Of a DNA stretch of 64,000 nt, positions 35,105 to 44,164 are shown one piece after another. The notes beneath the pieces are model-generated. The model did not search any database and had not been told where the DNA came from. It saw nothing but the letters and a program-made list of their open reading frames with translations. Both the position numbers and the translations under genes were made by a program. The DNA is from Pseudonocardiaceae bacterium (GTDB lineage Bacteria > Actinomycetota > Actinomycetes > Mycobacteriales > Pseudonocardiaceae), in NCBI GenBank assembly GCA_036266995.1, contig DATAWX010000169.1, positions 11,007-75,006 on the forward strand, given 5' to 3'. The first letter of the stretch is position 1; every line of letters starts with the position of its first letter.

Positions 35105-37087
35105 TTGCATGAAGCAATCAACCTTCTCCACGTCCTGGTGGGCGGGGTTCTACCCAACCGGGCGGCCGAGTCGATGACGAGGGCCGACGCAAAGCCCGAG
35201 GTGAGCCTTCCTCGCGCGGCGCGGCCCACCGGTGGTGCGGTTGGCACACCGGGTGCCGGGGCGGGTTGGGGGTTGCCGCTGGTGGTGCTGATCGTCGGGA
35301 TGTTCATGTCGGTCCTGGACACCAGCATCGTCAATGTGGCGATCCCCACCCTTCAGAACGAGTTCGGCGCGACCACCGACCAGGTGCAGTGGGTAGTCAC
35401 GGGCTACACGCTGGTGCTGGGCGTGGTGGTGCCGGCCAGTGCGTGGCTGGGGGACCGCTTAGGGCTCAAACGGCTGTACAACCTGTCACTGCTGGGGTTC
35501 GCCGCCGGGTCGGCGCTGTGCGGGCTGGGCTGGGACCTCAACAGTCTGATTGTCTTCCGGATCATCCAGGCAATCCCGGGCGGGATCCTGCCGGTGGTCT
35601 CGCTGTCAATGCTGTACCGGATCGTCCCACGGCACAGAATCGGTACCGCGATGGGTTTGTACGGGCTCGGGATCGTGGTCGCCCCGGCGATCGGACCGAC
35701 CCTGGGCGGGTATCTGGTCGAGTATGTGAACTGGCGGCTGATCTTTTACATCAACGTGCCGGTCGGGATCTTGGGCGCGGTCGCCGCGTCACTGGTGTTG
35801 CCACGATTCCCGAGGATATCCGGGCGCCGATTCGACTTCCTGGGCTTCCTCACCGTGGCGAGTGGGCTGTTGGCGGTGCTGCTCGCGCTGTCCGAGGGCG
35901 AATCCTGGGGATGGTATTCCTACCGGGTCCTGGGCCTGATCACGTTCAGCGTGCTGAGCCTGGCGTTGTTCGTGGTGATCGAACTGGAGGTCGCCGACCC
36001 GTTGCTGGACGTCCGGGTATTCCGTTACTGGGCGTTCACCAACTCGCTGCTGTTGATCTCGGTGTTGATGGTCGGGCTGTTCGGGGTGCTGTTCTACATC
36101 CCGCTGTTCCTGCAGCAGGTTCAGGGAATGGGGGCATTCGACGCCGGCCTCACCCTGCTGCCCCAGGCTCTGGTGATGGCGGTATTGATGCCTCTGGCTG
36201 GGCGAATCTATGACCGCATCGGACCGCGGTGGCCAGCGACCATTGGCGTGGCCATCGTGGCCCTCGCCACCTACCTGATGCATAACTTGACCATCGACAC
36301 CTCCCGGGAACAGATCATTTGGTGGCTGATGCTGCGAGCCGTCGGCCTCGGGCTGGCCATGATGCCGATCATGACCGGAGGTATCGCGGCCATCCCCGCA
36401 GCCCGAGTCAACGCCGCCAGCGCGTTCAACAACATCGCGCAACGGACTTCGGCCGCATTGGGACTCGCCGTTCTCACCGCGATCTTTACCACCCAACAGG
36501 CCGAGCAGCTGGCCGGGCGTGCCGCACTGCTGCCCGCCGACACCGTCACCCCGCACCTCGGCGGCCCGACCGTCCCGGATTGGGTAGGCGCTTACGCCAC
36601 CTACCAGCAGACCCAGCTGCAGGTATTCGTCGGAGGGCTGGATGATCTGTTCCTGATCGCAGCTGGACTCAGTGCCGTGGGCGCGCTCGGGGCGCTGTTT
36701 CTGCGATCCGGACCCGCTCCCGCGCCGCCAGTCACCGTCCCCCCGCCGCAACAGGCCAGCACACCGACGGCACCCGCCAACGGTGGTCCAGTCCGGGACG
36801 GCGCAATAGCGGCTGGTGTGGTTGCGGCTGGCGCGGTCGCGGCCGGCGCGGTGGTGAACGGCGCAGTTGTGGCCGGCGCGGCGGGGAACGGCACGGTGAC
36901 GAACGGCGCACTCGCGGACGGTACAGCGGCGAACGGCGCGGTGGCGGACGGGCGCAGCCGGGGCCGCCCTCATGCGGCCGCCAATTCCGCGGACAACGGC
37001 AACCCAACGCAACCCAACGACGACCCAACGCAACCCAACGACGACCTGCTCGACGTCGAGCGCGACGGTAGTCCCCGGGACACCTGA
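35105..37087 (+). CDS. MFS transporter, DHA2 (EmrB) family with a ~130-aa low-complexity C-terminal tail
   Basis: 'MFMSVLDTSIVNVAIPTLQNEFG', 'WLGDRLGLKRLY', 14 TMS. Tail 'AAGVVAAGAVAAGAVVNGAVVAGAAGNGTVTNGALADGTAANGAVADG...NPTQPNDDPTQPNDD'. The start may be ATG 35174. Confidence 0.8.
   Translation: MHEAINLLHVLVGGVLPNRAAESMTRADAKPEVSLPRAARPTGGAVGTPGAGAGWGLPLVVLIVGMFMSVLDTSIVNVAIPTLQNEFGATTDQVQWVVTGYTLVLGVVVPASAWLGDRLGLKRLYNLSLLGFAAGSALCGLGWDLNSLIVFRIIQAIPGGILPVVSLSMLYRIVPRHRIGTAMGLYGLGIVVAPAIGPTLGGYLVEYVNWRLIFYINVPVGILGAVAASLVLPRFPRISGRRFDFLGFLTVASGLLAVLLALSEGESWGWYSYRVLGLITFSVLSLALFVVIELEVADPLLDVRVFRYWAFTNSLLLISVLMVGLFGVLFYIPLFLQQVQGMGAFDAGLTLLPQALVMAVLMPLAGRIYDRIGPRWPATIGVAIVALATYLMHNLTIDTSREQIIWWLMLRAVGLGLAMMPIMTGGIAAIPAARVNAASAFNNIAQRTSAALGLAVLTAIFTTQQAEQLAGRAALLPADTVTPHLGGPTVPDWVGAYATYQQTQLQVFVGGLDDLFLIAAGLSAVGALGALFLRSGPAPAPPVTVPPPQQASTPTAPANGGPVRDGAIAAGVVAAGAVAAGAVVNGAVVAGAAGNGTVTNGALADGTAANGAVADGRSRGRPHAAANSADNGNPTQPNDDPTQPNDDLLDVERDGSPRDT
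37003..37044 (+). repeat. Perfect 21-bp tandem duplication inside the MFS tail (encodes PTQPNDD twice)
   Basis: 'cccaacgcaacccaacgacga' at 37003-37023 and again at 37024-37044. Confidence 0.85.
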
Positions 37088-37340
37088 CTGTAACGGACCG
37101 CGATCGAGCAGTGCTGGCCGTGACAGCCCTAGCTGTGCCGAGGGTGCGTCCGACTTCTGCTGCGCACACGGGGGCTCTTATCGAAGTGGCACGTCCGCAT
37201 GAAGCCACAGTCAGTTCAATTGAGTTACGCACCGTGACACAAATCGTCACGCAGTCGTGGTCCAGCCATCAACCATTTGCCTGGCGAGGATCTCCGGATC
37301 GCACTTATCAGTAGTAAAGGATCGGAGTACGATGTGATGA

Positions 37341-38000
37341 ATGTTACACTCCCCGCCTGGGAGTCGGCTGGACCTCGTGCACCGTATCGGAGCGGCGGTG
37401 CTAGGAGCCGGGTTGTGCTTATTCGGCATCCTGGGTTTCGTCGACCGGCTGACGTTTCTCGCCGTCCACGGCAAAGTCGTGCTGGGGCTCGCTTCGAACG
37501 GCTTACTGTCGACGATCTCGGTGGTCGTCGGCGCGGTTCTCATCGGTGCCGCGTTACGCGGTGGCCGGATCTCCTCGACGATCACGGTGGTCGTAGGGCT
37601 GCTCTTCCTGCTCTCCGGCATCCTGAACCTCGCCGTGCTGGACACCAAGCTCAATCTGTTGGCGTTCCGGCTGTCGAATGTGGTCTTCAGCGTCGTCGCT
37701 GGGATGCTTCTGCTGTTCCTCGGCGCCTACGGTCGGTTCAGTGGCGGCTTGTCGGCGGACAATCCTTACTATCAGCGTCGGCATCACGAGGATTCCGGGG
37801 CCGCGGAACACCACCACGATGCGGAGGATGATCGATTGCTGGCCGCGGAGTTGGCGGTTGCCGCGGGTCACGCCACGCCGCAACAGGAGCAGTTGGTGTA
37901 TGCGGACGCGCAACGCCGCGCCAATGAGGCGCACCGGCGCGCCTGGGAGCTCTACGAAAGTCGCCAGATCCACGACAATGGTGTGAGGCGAACACCCTGA
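37341..38000 (+). CDS. DUF4383 family membrane protein with a His/Asp-rich C-terminal extension
   Basis: Four TM helices with the family pattern 'GAGLCLFGILGFV...LGLASNGLLSTISVVVGAVLIGAA...VVVGLLFLLSGILNL...NVVFSVVAGMLLLFLGAYG'. Confidence 0.7.
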   Translation: MLHSPPGSRLDLVHRIGAAVLGAGLCLFGILGFVDRLTFLAVHGKVVLGLASNGLLSTISVVVGAVLIGAALRGGRISSTITVVVGLLFLLSGILNLAVLDTKLNLLAFRLSNVVFSVVAGMLLLFLGAYGRFSGGLSADNPYYQRRHHEDSGAAEHHHDAEDDRLLAAELAVAAGHATPQQEQLVYADAQRRANEAHRRAWELYESRQIHDNGVRRTP

Positions 38001-38022
38001 TCGCCTCACATTACCGTAGGGC

Positions 38023-38579
38023 ATGCGTATCGCGATCGTGACCGCCCGCGCGGCCGTTGGTACGGACGTGGACGAACCGCTGCTACTGGCTGCATTGTGG
38101 GCAGCTGGTGCGGACGCCGAGCGTAATGGCGTGGGACGACCCCGTCGTCGACTGGAGTGTGTTTGACCTGGCTGTGGTGCGGTCGACCTGGGACGTATCT
38201 GCGCGATCTGGCCATCGCCGGTGTGCCGGTGGTACCGACCACGTTTATGACACCGGACGATGAGATGCGACTGCTGGCGGGCGACGGCGACTTCGTGGTG
38301 AAGCCGTCGGTGTCGGCGGGCAGCCGGGACACCGCCCGCTACACCGTGGGTGACATGGCCGCGGCCCAAGATCACGTCCAACGGTTACTCGACGAGGGGC
38401 GCACGGTGCTGGTGCAGCCGCATCAGCACAGCGTCGACATCCGGGGTGAGACTGCGCTGGTGTTCGTGAACGGACGGTTCAGCCACGCCGCCAACAAGGC
38501 CGCCGTGCTCGGGGCTGACGACCAGAAAGCTGATCCTCAGCCAGCCACTACGTTGAGTACAAAGTTGGCGTCGGTTTGA
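38023..38579 (+). pseudogene. ATP-grasp (RimK-like) gene remnant: frameshifts plus an internal deletion and C-terminal truncation
   Basis: 'MRIAIVTARAAVGTDVDEPLLLAALWAAGADAE' (frame A), 'VAWDDPVVDWSVFDLAVVRSTWD' (frame B), 'YLRDLAIAGVPVVPTTF...VVKPSVSAGSRDTARY...LVQPHQHSVDIRGETALVFVNGRFSHA' (frame C). The segment normally between 'STWDY' and 'YLRDL' is missing. Confidence 0.5.
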
Positions 38580-39061
38580 TTTGTAGCCTGCACGGTGGCA
38601 TCGCCGTGAGCATTACGATAGGTTCCTGAACCGCCCGTGATGGGGTACGTGAGGGTCTGGCCACCACCGCCAAATAGGGCGGCACCATCAAGCAATCCTT
38701 GAGTGGTGACCTGTCCACGATCGAGGACGAAAATGGCGGTGCAGAGGACCTCGCCAGTTGTCGTGGCGCTTCCACCGACTGTGGTGCAGCGCCCTCCCAC
38801 TCTCCCGAGCTTCGTCCCGCCTGCATGGTCGAACAAGTCAGCCGAGAAGATGAACTCGTCTCCCGGACCCGGGCCCGCAGCGCCAAGATCCAAAGCCGCC
38901 TGCTGCGTGTCGTGGGCGAAGAAGCGGAGCGTCGTGACGCCGGCCGCGCTCCCGTCTGGGGCCGCTCCGTGGCTGCAAGCCATCAACGTGGGCAGCACAA
39001 GAGCGGAAAGAAAGGCGGTGATCCCGGCTCGTCTGAACCACCGCGCTCTGTTCCGGTACAC
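38537..39061 (-). CDS. Secreted dirigent / allene-oxide-cyclase-barrel-like protein
   Basis: Signal peptide 'ITAFLSALVLPTLMACS'. 'LRFFAHDTQQAALDLG..GPGPGDEFIFSADLFD..GGTKLGRVGGRCT...TYPITGGSGTYRNAHGDATV'. Confidence 0.6.
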   Translation of the reverse strand: MYRNRARWFRRAGITAFLSALVLPTLMACSHGAAPDGSAAGVTTLRFFAHDTQQAALDLGAAGPGPGDEFIFSADLFDHAGGTKLGRVGGRCTTVGGSATTTGEVLCTAIFVLDRGQVTTQGLLDGAALFGGGGQTLTYPITGGSGTYRNAHGDATVQATNQTDANFVLNVVAG

Positions 39062-39067
39062 AGGTGG

Positions 39068-39469
39068 CTACGCTGAGGCGAAGGGATTGTCGATCACGAA
39101 AAGCCAGCGCCCGTCTCCCTGGCGGCGAAGGATGCCCGAACAGCGGCCGCCAAGCGCCACCGGATTGCCATCAGGATCGTTGCCTTCGAGTTTCCAGTCG
39201 GAGCACTCGAGTGCGATGTCTCCGACCTGATGAAAGCTGGTCATCTTGAGATCGAAGCTTGGTTTGGTAGCGAGGAAACCGGCGAACACCGCCCGGAGCG
39301 AATCGGCGCCGGCAGCCACCTGCCCGGGCGCTGAAATGAAGATCGCATCAGGTTCGTACAGGCTGACCAGGCCCTCGAGGTCACCGGCATTGAATGCGTC
39401 CTGAAAAATCCTGTCGTAGTCAGACGGGTTCTCGATTCGAAGGGCACTTTGTGTGATGTTCGTTGCCAT
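39068..39469 (-). CDS. NTF2-fold SnoaL-like / DUF4440 protein
   Basis: 'IFQDAFNAGDLEGLVSLYEPDAIFI.APGQV..G.DSLRAVFAGFL...GGRCSGILRRQGDGRWLFVIDNPF'. Confidence 0.75.
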   Translation of the reverse strand: MATNITQSALRIENPSDYDRIFQDAFNAGDLEGLVSLYEPDAIFISAPGQVAAGADSLRAVFAGFLATKPSFDLKMTSFHQVGDIALECSDWKLEGNDPDGNPVALGGRCSGILRRQGDGRWLFVIDNPFASA

Positions 39470-39616
39470 GTCCCACGCTCCTTCTGTCTGTCCCGGGGGC
39501 GCCCTTTCGGTGCCGCTGGGGCTGCTCGGCTCTGATCGTGCCGAGCCAACGCAGGGCGTACATCAGCCATCGGACCTATATCCCTCGACGGCGTCGAGGT
39601 CGGGCGCAGCGGCTCG

Positions 39617-42484
39617 CTACTCAGCGGCATCGAGTCGGCGCCTGGTGGCCGCCACGGCCAACTCGGAGCGCGACGCGGTGCCCAGCTTGGCGAAGATGTG
39701 CGAGAGGTGAGCTTTCACTGTCCCGACAGAGATGAACATGCGCTCGCCGACCTGGCGGTTGGTGAGTCCGGTAGCGATGTGGCGCACGACGTCGAGCTCG
39801 GTCGGGGTCAGGCTGTCCCAACCGCGGGATGGGCGTTTTCGTTCACCCCGGGCCCGGCGGACGTAGGCCACCGCCTCGCCGGTGTCCAGCGCGGCGCCGG
39901 CGGCGAAGGCGCGGTGGTAGCTGTCGGGTCCGAGCGCTTCGATGGTGGCTCGCTCGATGGAGGTCCAGAACTCCGGCTCAAGCGGGAGACGGACGATGCC
40001 GAGCCGATGGCGGCCGGCCGCCGCTGCGCCCAGCAGCCGAGCCGCTTGCTCGAAGCGTTCCTGGGCGGCGGCAATGGCGGCGAGCACATCGAGGCACTCT
40101 GGTATGTCGATCGCGAAGCCCTTGGCAACCAGGCGGCCCAGCGCGTCGTGAATGTGTCGCTCCGCGTCGGCGGTCTTTCCCGCGGCCAGGGCCAGCCGGC
40201 CGAGCAGACGCTCGGCGCCGGCTTGCATCCATCCGCTGCCCAGCCGCTGGGCCACCTCCAGCGCCTCCGCAGCACAGGCCCGAGCCGCACCGCGGTTCCC
40301 GTCGACGCGCTCAAGAGTGCCCAGGGCGCTGAGGTGCCAGGTCAGCAGGTAGACGAATCCCGAGCGGCGTTCCGCGTCGACGGCGGTCTCCAGGTGTTCC
40401 CGTGCCTCGGCAAGCTTGCCCAAGGCCATCTCGGTTCTGCCGAGCATCTGGTTGGCCATGCCGAAGGTAAAGCCCGCGCCTGCCTCCAGCACCTGCGCGA
40501 GCGTGGTGCCGGCAAGCGAGTACGCGAGCTCGGTATCGCCGCACACCAGCCGGGTGTAGACCAGGTAGCCGCTGGCGAGACCGTTCGGGACCGGGTCACC
40601 GACCTGGTCGCTGGCAGCGATGGAACGCGCGAGCAACTGGCGAGTCTCGGTGAGCCGCCCGTAATACATCGCTTCCCAGCCCAGGCAGAACCAGTGCCAC
40701 GCGAATCCCCGCTGGTAGCCAAGCCGGGTTGCGGTCGCGTAGGCGTCATCGAGCAGGGGGCGCGCTGTGCCGAACTCGTCCTGGTAATGCCAGGCAATCG
40801 CCAGGGTCTGCGAAGCACTGGTCCGGCACCACTCGTCGCCGGCTTGCGTCGCCCGCTCCAGGCTGCGCTGGAGTAGCGCTCGTCCACCAGCCGGGTCGCC
40901 GATGGAGACCACGAGCCCGAGGATGTCCAAGGCTCGGCCCTGGGTCCAGAGGTCGCCGCAGGCCTCGCCGACCGCCAGCGCGGCCCGCGCCCAACCTTGT
41001 GCCGCCTCATACGCGCCGCCGTACAGGCCGAGGTTCGCGCGGCCGGCCAGCACCCGCCCGCGCAGCGGAGTCGGAGCCTCGCCCGCGGCGGCCAGAGCGC
41101 GCGCGTAGGCGGCATCACCCTCCCGGTATCGGCCGGTGAACAGCCAGAACAGGGTCAGCGCGGCCACCAGACGCAGACCTGCGTTGGGATCGGTCACCGT
41201 CGCCCGATCCAGGGCGGCGCGCAGGTTCGGTAGCTCGATGGCGGCAGTGGTGAGAACGGGGTCGTCTCGTCCGGCGCCGAGCACCTGCGGTTCAGAGGCC
41301 TCGACGAGCGCGAGGTGGTAGGCCAGGTGGCGCTCGCGCAGGACGTCGACTTCGCCGGCGTCGGCCAGGCGCGCTGCGGCGTACTGGCGGACGGTCTCCA
41401 GCAAGCCGTAGCGCATCTCGGGGCCTCGCGCATCGGTGCTGACCAGGGACTTGTCGACCAGGCCGGTGACCAGGTCGAGCAGGTCGTCGCGGGCGATGCC
41501 GTCGCCCGGGCACACCTGCTCAGCCGCGTCCAGCGTCGCGCCCCCCGCGAAGACCGACAGCCGCCGCAGCAGTGCGCGTTCACCGTCGCTGAGCAGATCG
41601 TGGCTCCAGTCGAGTGAGGCCTGCAACGTCTGGTGACGCCGCACCGCAGTGCAGGCGCCGCCGGTGAGCAGGTGGAAGCGGTCGCCCAGCCGGTGGGCGA
41701 TCTGCTCGGGGGTCAGCATCCGTACCCGCGCGGCGGCCAGCTCGATGGCCAGCGGGATGCCGTCGAGGTCGTGACAGATCTGCGCGACGATGGGCGCGTT
41801 GGTCGGGGTGATGGTGAAATCGGGGCGCACCTGCGTGGCGCGCTCGAGGAACAGGGACACGGCGTCGGACTGGCGCAGCACCGTGATCGGCTCGCTTGGC
41901 GTTCTGGCCGGCAGCGACATCGACGGAACTCGCCACGCCGTCTCGCCGAGCACCCCTAGCGGCGCCCGGCTGGTTGCCAGGACTGTCACCGACGGGCAGC
42001 TGCGCACCAGCATGTCGGCGAGCTGCGCACAAGCGGTGACCAGGTGTTCGCAGTTGTCGAGAATGAGCAGCGTGTGGCGGGTGTGCAGGTAGCCGACGAG
42101 CGTTTCGACGGGCTCGCTACCAGGCATCTCTCGCAGGCCGATGGCGCCGATCACGGCGGCGGGCAGCAGCGCGGCGTCCTCCAGCCGCGCAACCTCGACC
42201 CACCACACTCCGTCGGGGTGGCCGTCCAGCGCGCCAGCCGCAACCTGTAAGGCCAGGCGCGTCTTGCCGCAGCCACCCGCGCCAGTCAGCGTCAATAGCC
42301 GCACGCCGCCGAGCAGCTCGCCGACCTGGGCCAGCTCGCGGCGCCGTCCGACGAAGCTGGTCAGCTCACCAGGCAGATTGGTGGTGGGGATGTTGAGCGA
42401 GCGCAACGCGGTTCCTGCCCTGTCCTGCCGCCAGCATCCACTGGGATTCTTCCCGACATCAGCAGCCGGCCGATCGGGTCGCAC
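39617..42484 (-). CDS. Large ATP-binding LuxR-family (LAL-type) transcriptional regulator, apparently intact
   Basis: Walker A 'LLTLTGAGGCGKTRLA', long TPR-like middle, C-terminal HTH 'LTPTELDVVRHIATGLTNRQVGERMFISVGTVKAHLSHIFAKLG'. The start is probably internal to the track ORF. Confidence 0.85.
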   Translation of the reverse strand: MRPDRPAADVGKNPSGCWRQDRAGTALRSLNIPTTNLPGELTSFVGRRRELAQVGELLGGVRLLTLTGAGGCGKTRLALQVAAGALDGHPDGVWWVEVARLEDAALLPAAVIGAIGLREMPGSEPVETLVGYLHTRHTLLILDNCEHLVTACAQLADMLVRSCPSVTVLATSRAPLGVLGETAWRVPSMSLPARTPSEPITVLRQSDAVSLFLERATQVRPDFTITPTNAPIVAQICHDLDGIPLAIELAAARVRMLTPEQIAHRLGDRFHLLTGGACTAVRRHQTLQASLDWSHDLLSDGERALLRRLSVFAGGATLDAAEQVCPGDGIARDDLLDLVTGLVDKSLVSTDARGPEMRYGLLETVRQYAAARLADAGEVDVLRERHLAYHLALVEASEPQVLGAGRDDPVLTTAAIELPNLRAALDRATVTDPNAGLRLVAALTLFWLFTGRYREGDAAYARALAAAGEAPTPLRGRVLAGRANLGLYGGAYEAAQGWARAALAVGEACGDLWTQGRALDILGLVVSIGDPAGGRALLQRSLERATQAGDEWCRTSASQTLAIAWHYQDEFGTARPLLDDAYATATRLGYQRGFAWHWFCLGWEAMYYGRLTETRQLLARSIAASDQVGDPVPNGLASGYLVYTRLVCGDTELAYSLAGTTLAQVLEAGAGFTFGMANQMLGRTEMALGKLAEAREHLETAVDAERRSGFVYLLTWHLSALGTLERVDGNRGAARACAAEALEVAQRLGSGWMQAGAERLLGRLALAAGKTADAERHIHDALGRLVAKGFAIDIPECLDVLAAIAAAQERFEQAARLLGAAAAGRHRLGIVRLPLEPEFWTSIERATIEALGPDSYHRAFAAGAALDTGEAVAYVRRARGERKRPSRGWDSLTPTELDVVRHIATGLTNRQVGERMFISVGTVKAHLSHIFAKLGTASRSELAVAATRRRLDAAE

Positions 42485-42683
42485 CCTCGCGATTGTCTCA
42501 TCCTCAAGCCCCGGCGGTTACGTTTCCCGCGTAACAGTGACCGGCCGCATCCGATACAGCGGGTAGGGCGTGCTGCGATGGGGGCATGGGATCGCAGGCG
42601 GCCCAGGACAGTGGCACTGCGCTGCCGCAACAGGTGGCGCTCGGCAGCCACGGTTCACCGACAACTCAACTTGGGGGGACACC

Positions 42684-42896
42684 ATGCGACGAGTCATCAT
42701 TCGTTCTCTGGCGGCCACAGCGGTGGTCGGCGGAGTTATTCTCGCGGGGGCCGGCGTAGCCGCTGCTGGCACGGGATTGGAGTCCGGCACGGGACGTCCG
42801 ACAGGCGGTACTGGAGACCAACCAACCTGCGCAGCCCGTTCTATCGATCTTTCGCAGGACTGCCTCCTGAGTCCGGACGGTGGCCGATTTTTGTAG
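42684..42896 (+). CDS. Small secreted peptide (70 aa) with a two-Cys C-terminal segment
   Basis: ATG 42684 preceded by 'gggggga'. Signal peptide 'MRRVIIRSLAATAVVGGVILAGAGVAAA'. Mature part 'GTGLESGTGRPTGGTGDQPTCAARSIDLSQDCLLSPDGGRFL'. A strong hairpin follows. Confidence 0.5.
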   Translation: MRRVIIRSLAATAVVGGVILAGAGVAAAGTGLESGTGRPTGGTGDQPTCAARSIDLSQDCLLSPDGGRFL

Positions 42897-42913
42897 TAGC
42901 GACGCGACGCTGC

Positions 42914-42953
42914 CAAACGGCCCCGCCCCGTACGTAGCAGGCGGGGCCGTTTG
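42914..42953 (+). terminator. Stem-loop terminator candidate after the small secreted-peptide gene
   Basis: 14-bp perfect stem 'caaacggccccgcc' / 'ggcggggccgtttg' with a 12-nt loop, followed by 'ttcg' (weak T-tract). Confidence 0.55.
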
Positions 42954-43027
42954 TTCGCCCCAGGCCACCGTCGTGTGTTCGCCGGACCGTACGCTGCTGG
43001 GCCGGACTAGCCCCGGGAGCGCTTGCA

Positions 43028-44164
43028 GTGGCAAACGACGATGAACGCATCGCCCTGTTCCTCGACTACGAGAACCTCGCGATCGGAGCGCGCGACGGGC
43101 TGGGCGTGTCGCCCTTCGACTTCGGCCCAGTGGCCGACGCGCTCGCCGAGCGAGGGCGCGTGGTGGTGCGCCGGGCCTACGCCGACTGGTCGTATTTCGA
43201 CGCCGACCGCCGGCTGCTCGCCCTGGCCCAGGTCGAACTCATCGAGATCCCCCAGCGCATCGGGGGCTCGAGGAAGAATGCCGCTGATATCAAGATGGCC
43301 GTCGATGTCATCCAGCTGGCATACGAGCGAGGCTTCATCACGACGTTCGCCATCGGCACGGGTGACTCTGACTTCACCCCGCTCGTGCACAAGCTGCGCG
43401 AGCTCGACAAGCGGGTCATCGGCATCGGCGTTGCGTCGTCGACGTCCGCCCTGCTGCCGCCCGCCTGCGATGAGTTCCTGTTCTATGACCGCCTGCCCGG
43501 CGTCGAGCCGTCCCAGGAACCGAAGCGAGGCCGAGGCCGCGGCCGCCAGCCAGGCGTTATAGCACCGGTGGTGCCGACGCCGCCGGTCACGATACCTACC
43601 GCCAGTGTGGACGCGGGCGGGTCCGACCCCGTGGTTGCTGACGCCCCGGTCGACGAGGGGGTGGGAGCGGCCGAGGAGCGTGACGTCGGCCTGCTCGTCG
43701 CGCGCACTCTGTCCGGTCTGCAGCGCCACGCCGACGGTCCTGTCCGCGCGTCGATGCTCAAGCGGGCGATCCTGCGCAAGGATCCGACCTTCGACGAAGC
43801 CGACCTGGGGTTCCGGGGGTTCGGTGAACTGCTTCGCCATCTCGAGAGCCAGCGCGTCGTGGAGTTGCGCCAGGGAGCGGCGCAGGGCGACCCCGAGGTG
43901 ACGTTCTCTGCGGACGACTCTGCCGACGACGATGCCTTCCAACTACTGGTCGACGTCGTCCGTGAGCTGCAGGCGTCGGGCACACCGCCCCAGTTGAGCG
44001 GGCTGAAGGACCAGCTACGCAAACGTCTACCCGCCTTCAGCGAGAAGCGTTACGGCTTCAATAGCTTCCTGTCCTTCGCCAAGGCGGCCCGCGCGCGAGA
44101 TCTGATCGCCATGGAGTGGGACGACGACGCCGGCGACTACCTGCTGCGCGTGCGGGATGCGTAG
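43028..44164 (+). CDS. NYN (LabA-like PIN-fold) domain protein with C-terminal OST-HTH/LOTUS domains
   Basis: 'IALFLDYENLAIGA...RAYADWSYF...NAADIKMAVDVIQLAY...FAIGTGDSDFTPLVHKLRELDKRVIGIGV'. C-terminal 'LKRAILRKDPTFDEADLGFRGFGELLRHLE' and 'LKDQLRKRLPAFSEKRYGFNSFLSFAKAA'. Confidence 0.8.
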   Translation: MANDDERIALFLDYENLAIGARDGLGVSPFDFGPVADALAERGRVVVRRAYADWSYFDADRRLLALAQVELIEIPQRIGGSRKNAADIKMAVDVIQLAYERGFITTFAIGTGDSDFTPLVHKLRELDKRVIGIGVASSTSALLPPACDEFLFYDRLPGVEPSQEPKRGRGRGRQPGVIAPVVPTPPVTIPTASVDAGGSDPVVADAPVDEGVGAAEERDVGLLVARTLSGLQRHADGPVRASMLKRAILRKDPTFDEADLGFRGFGELLRHLESQRVVELRQGAAQGDPEVTFSADDSADDDAFQLLVDVVRELQASGTPPQLSGLKDQLRKRLPAFSEKRYGFNSFLSFAKAARARDLIAMEWDDDAGDYLLRVRDA

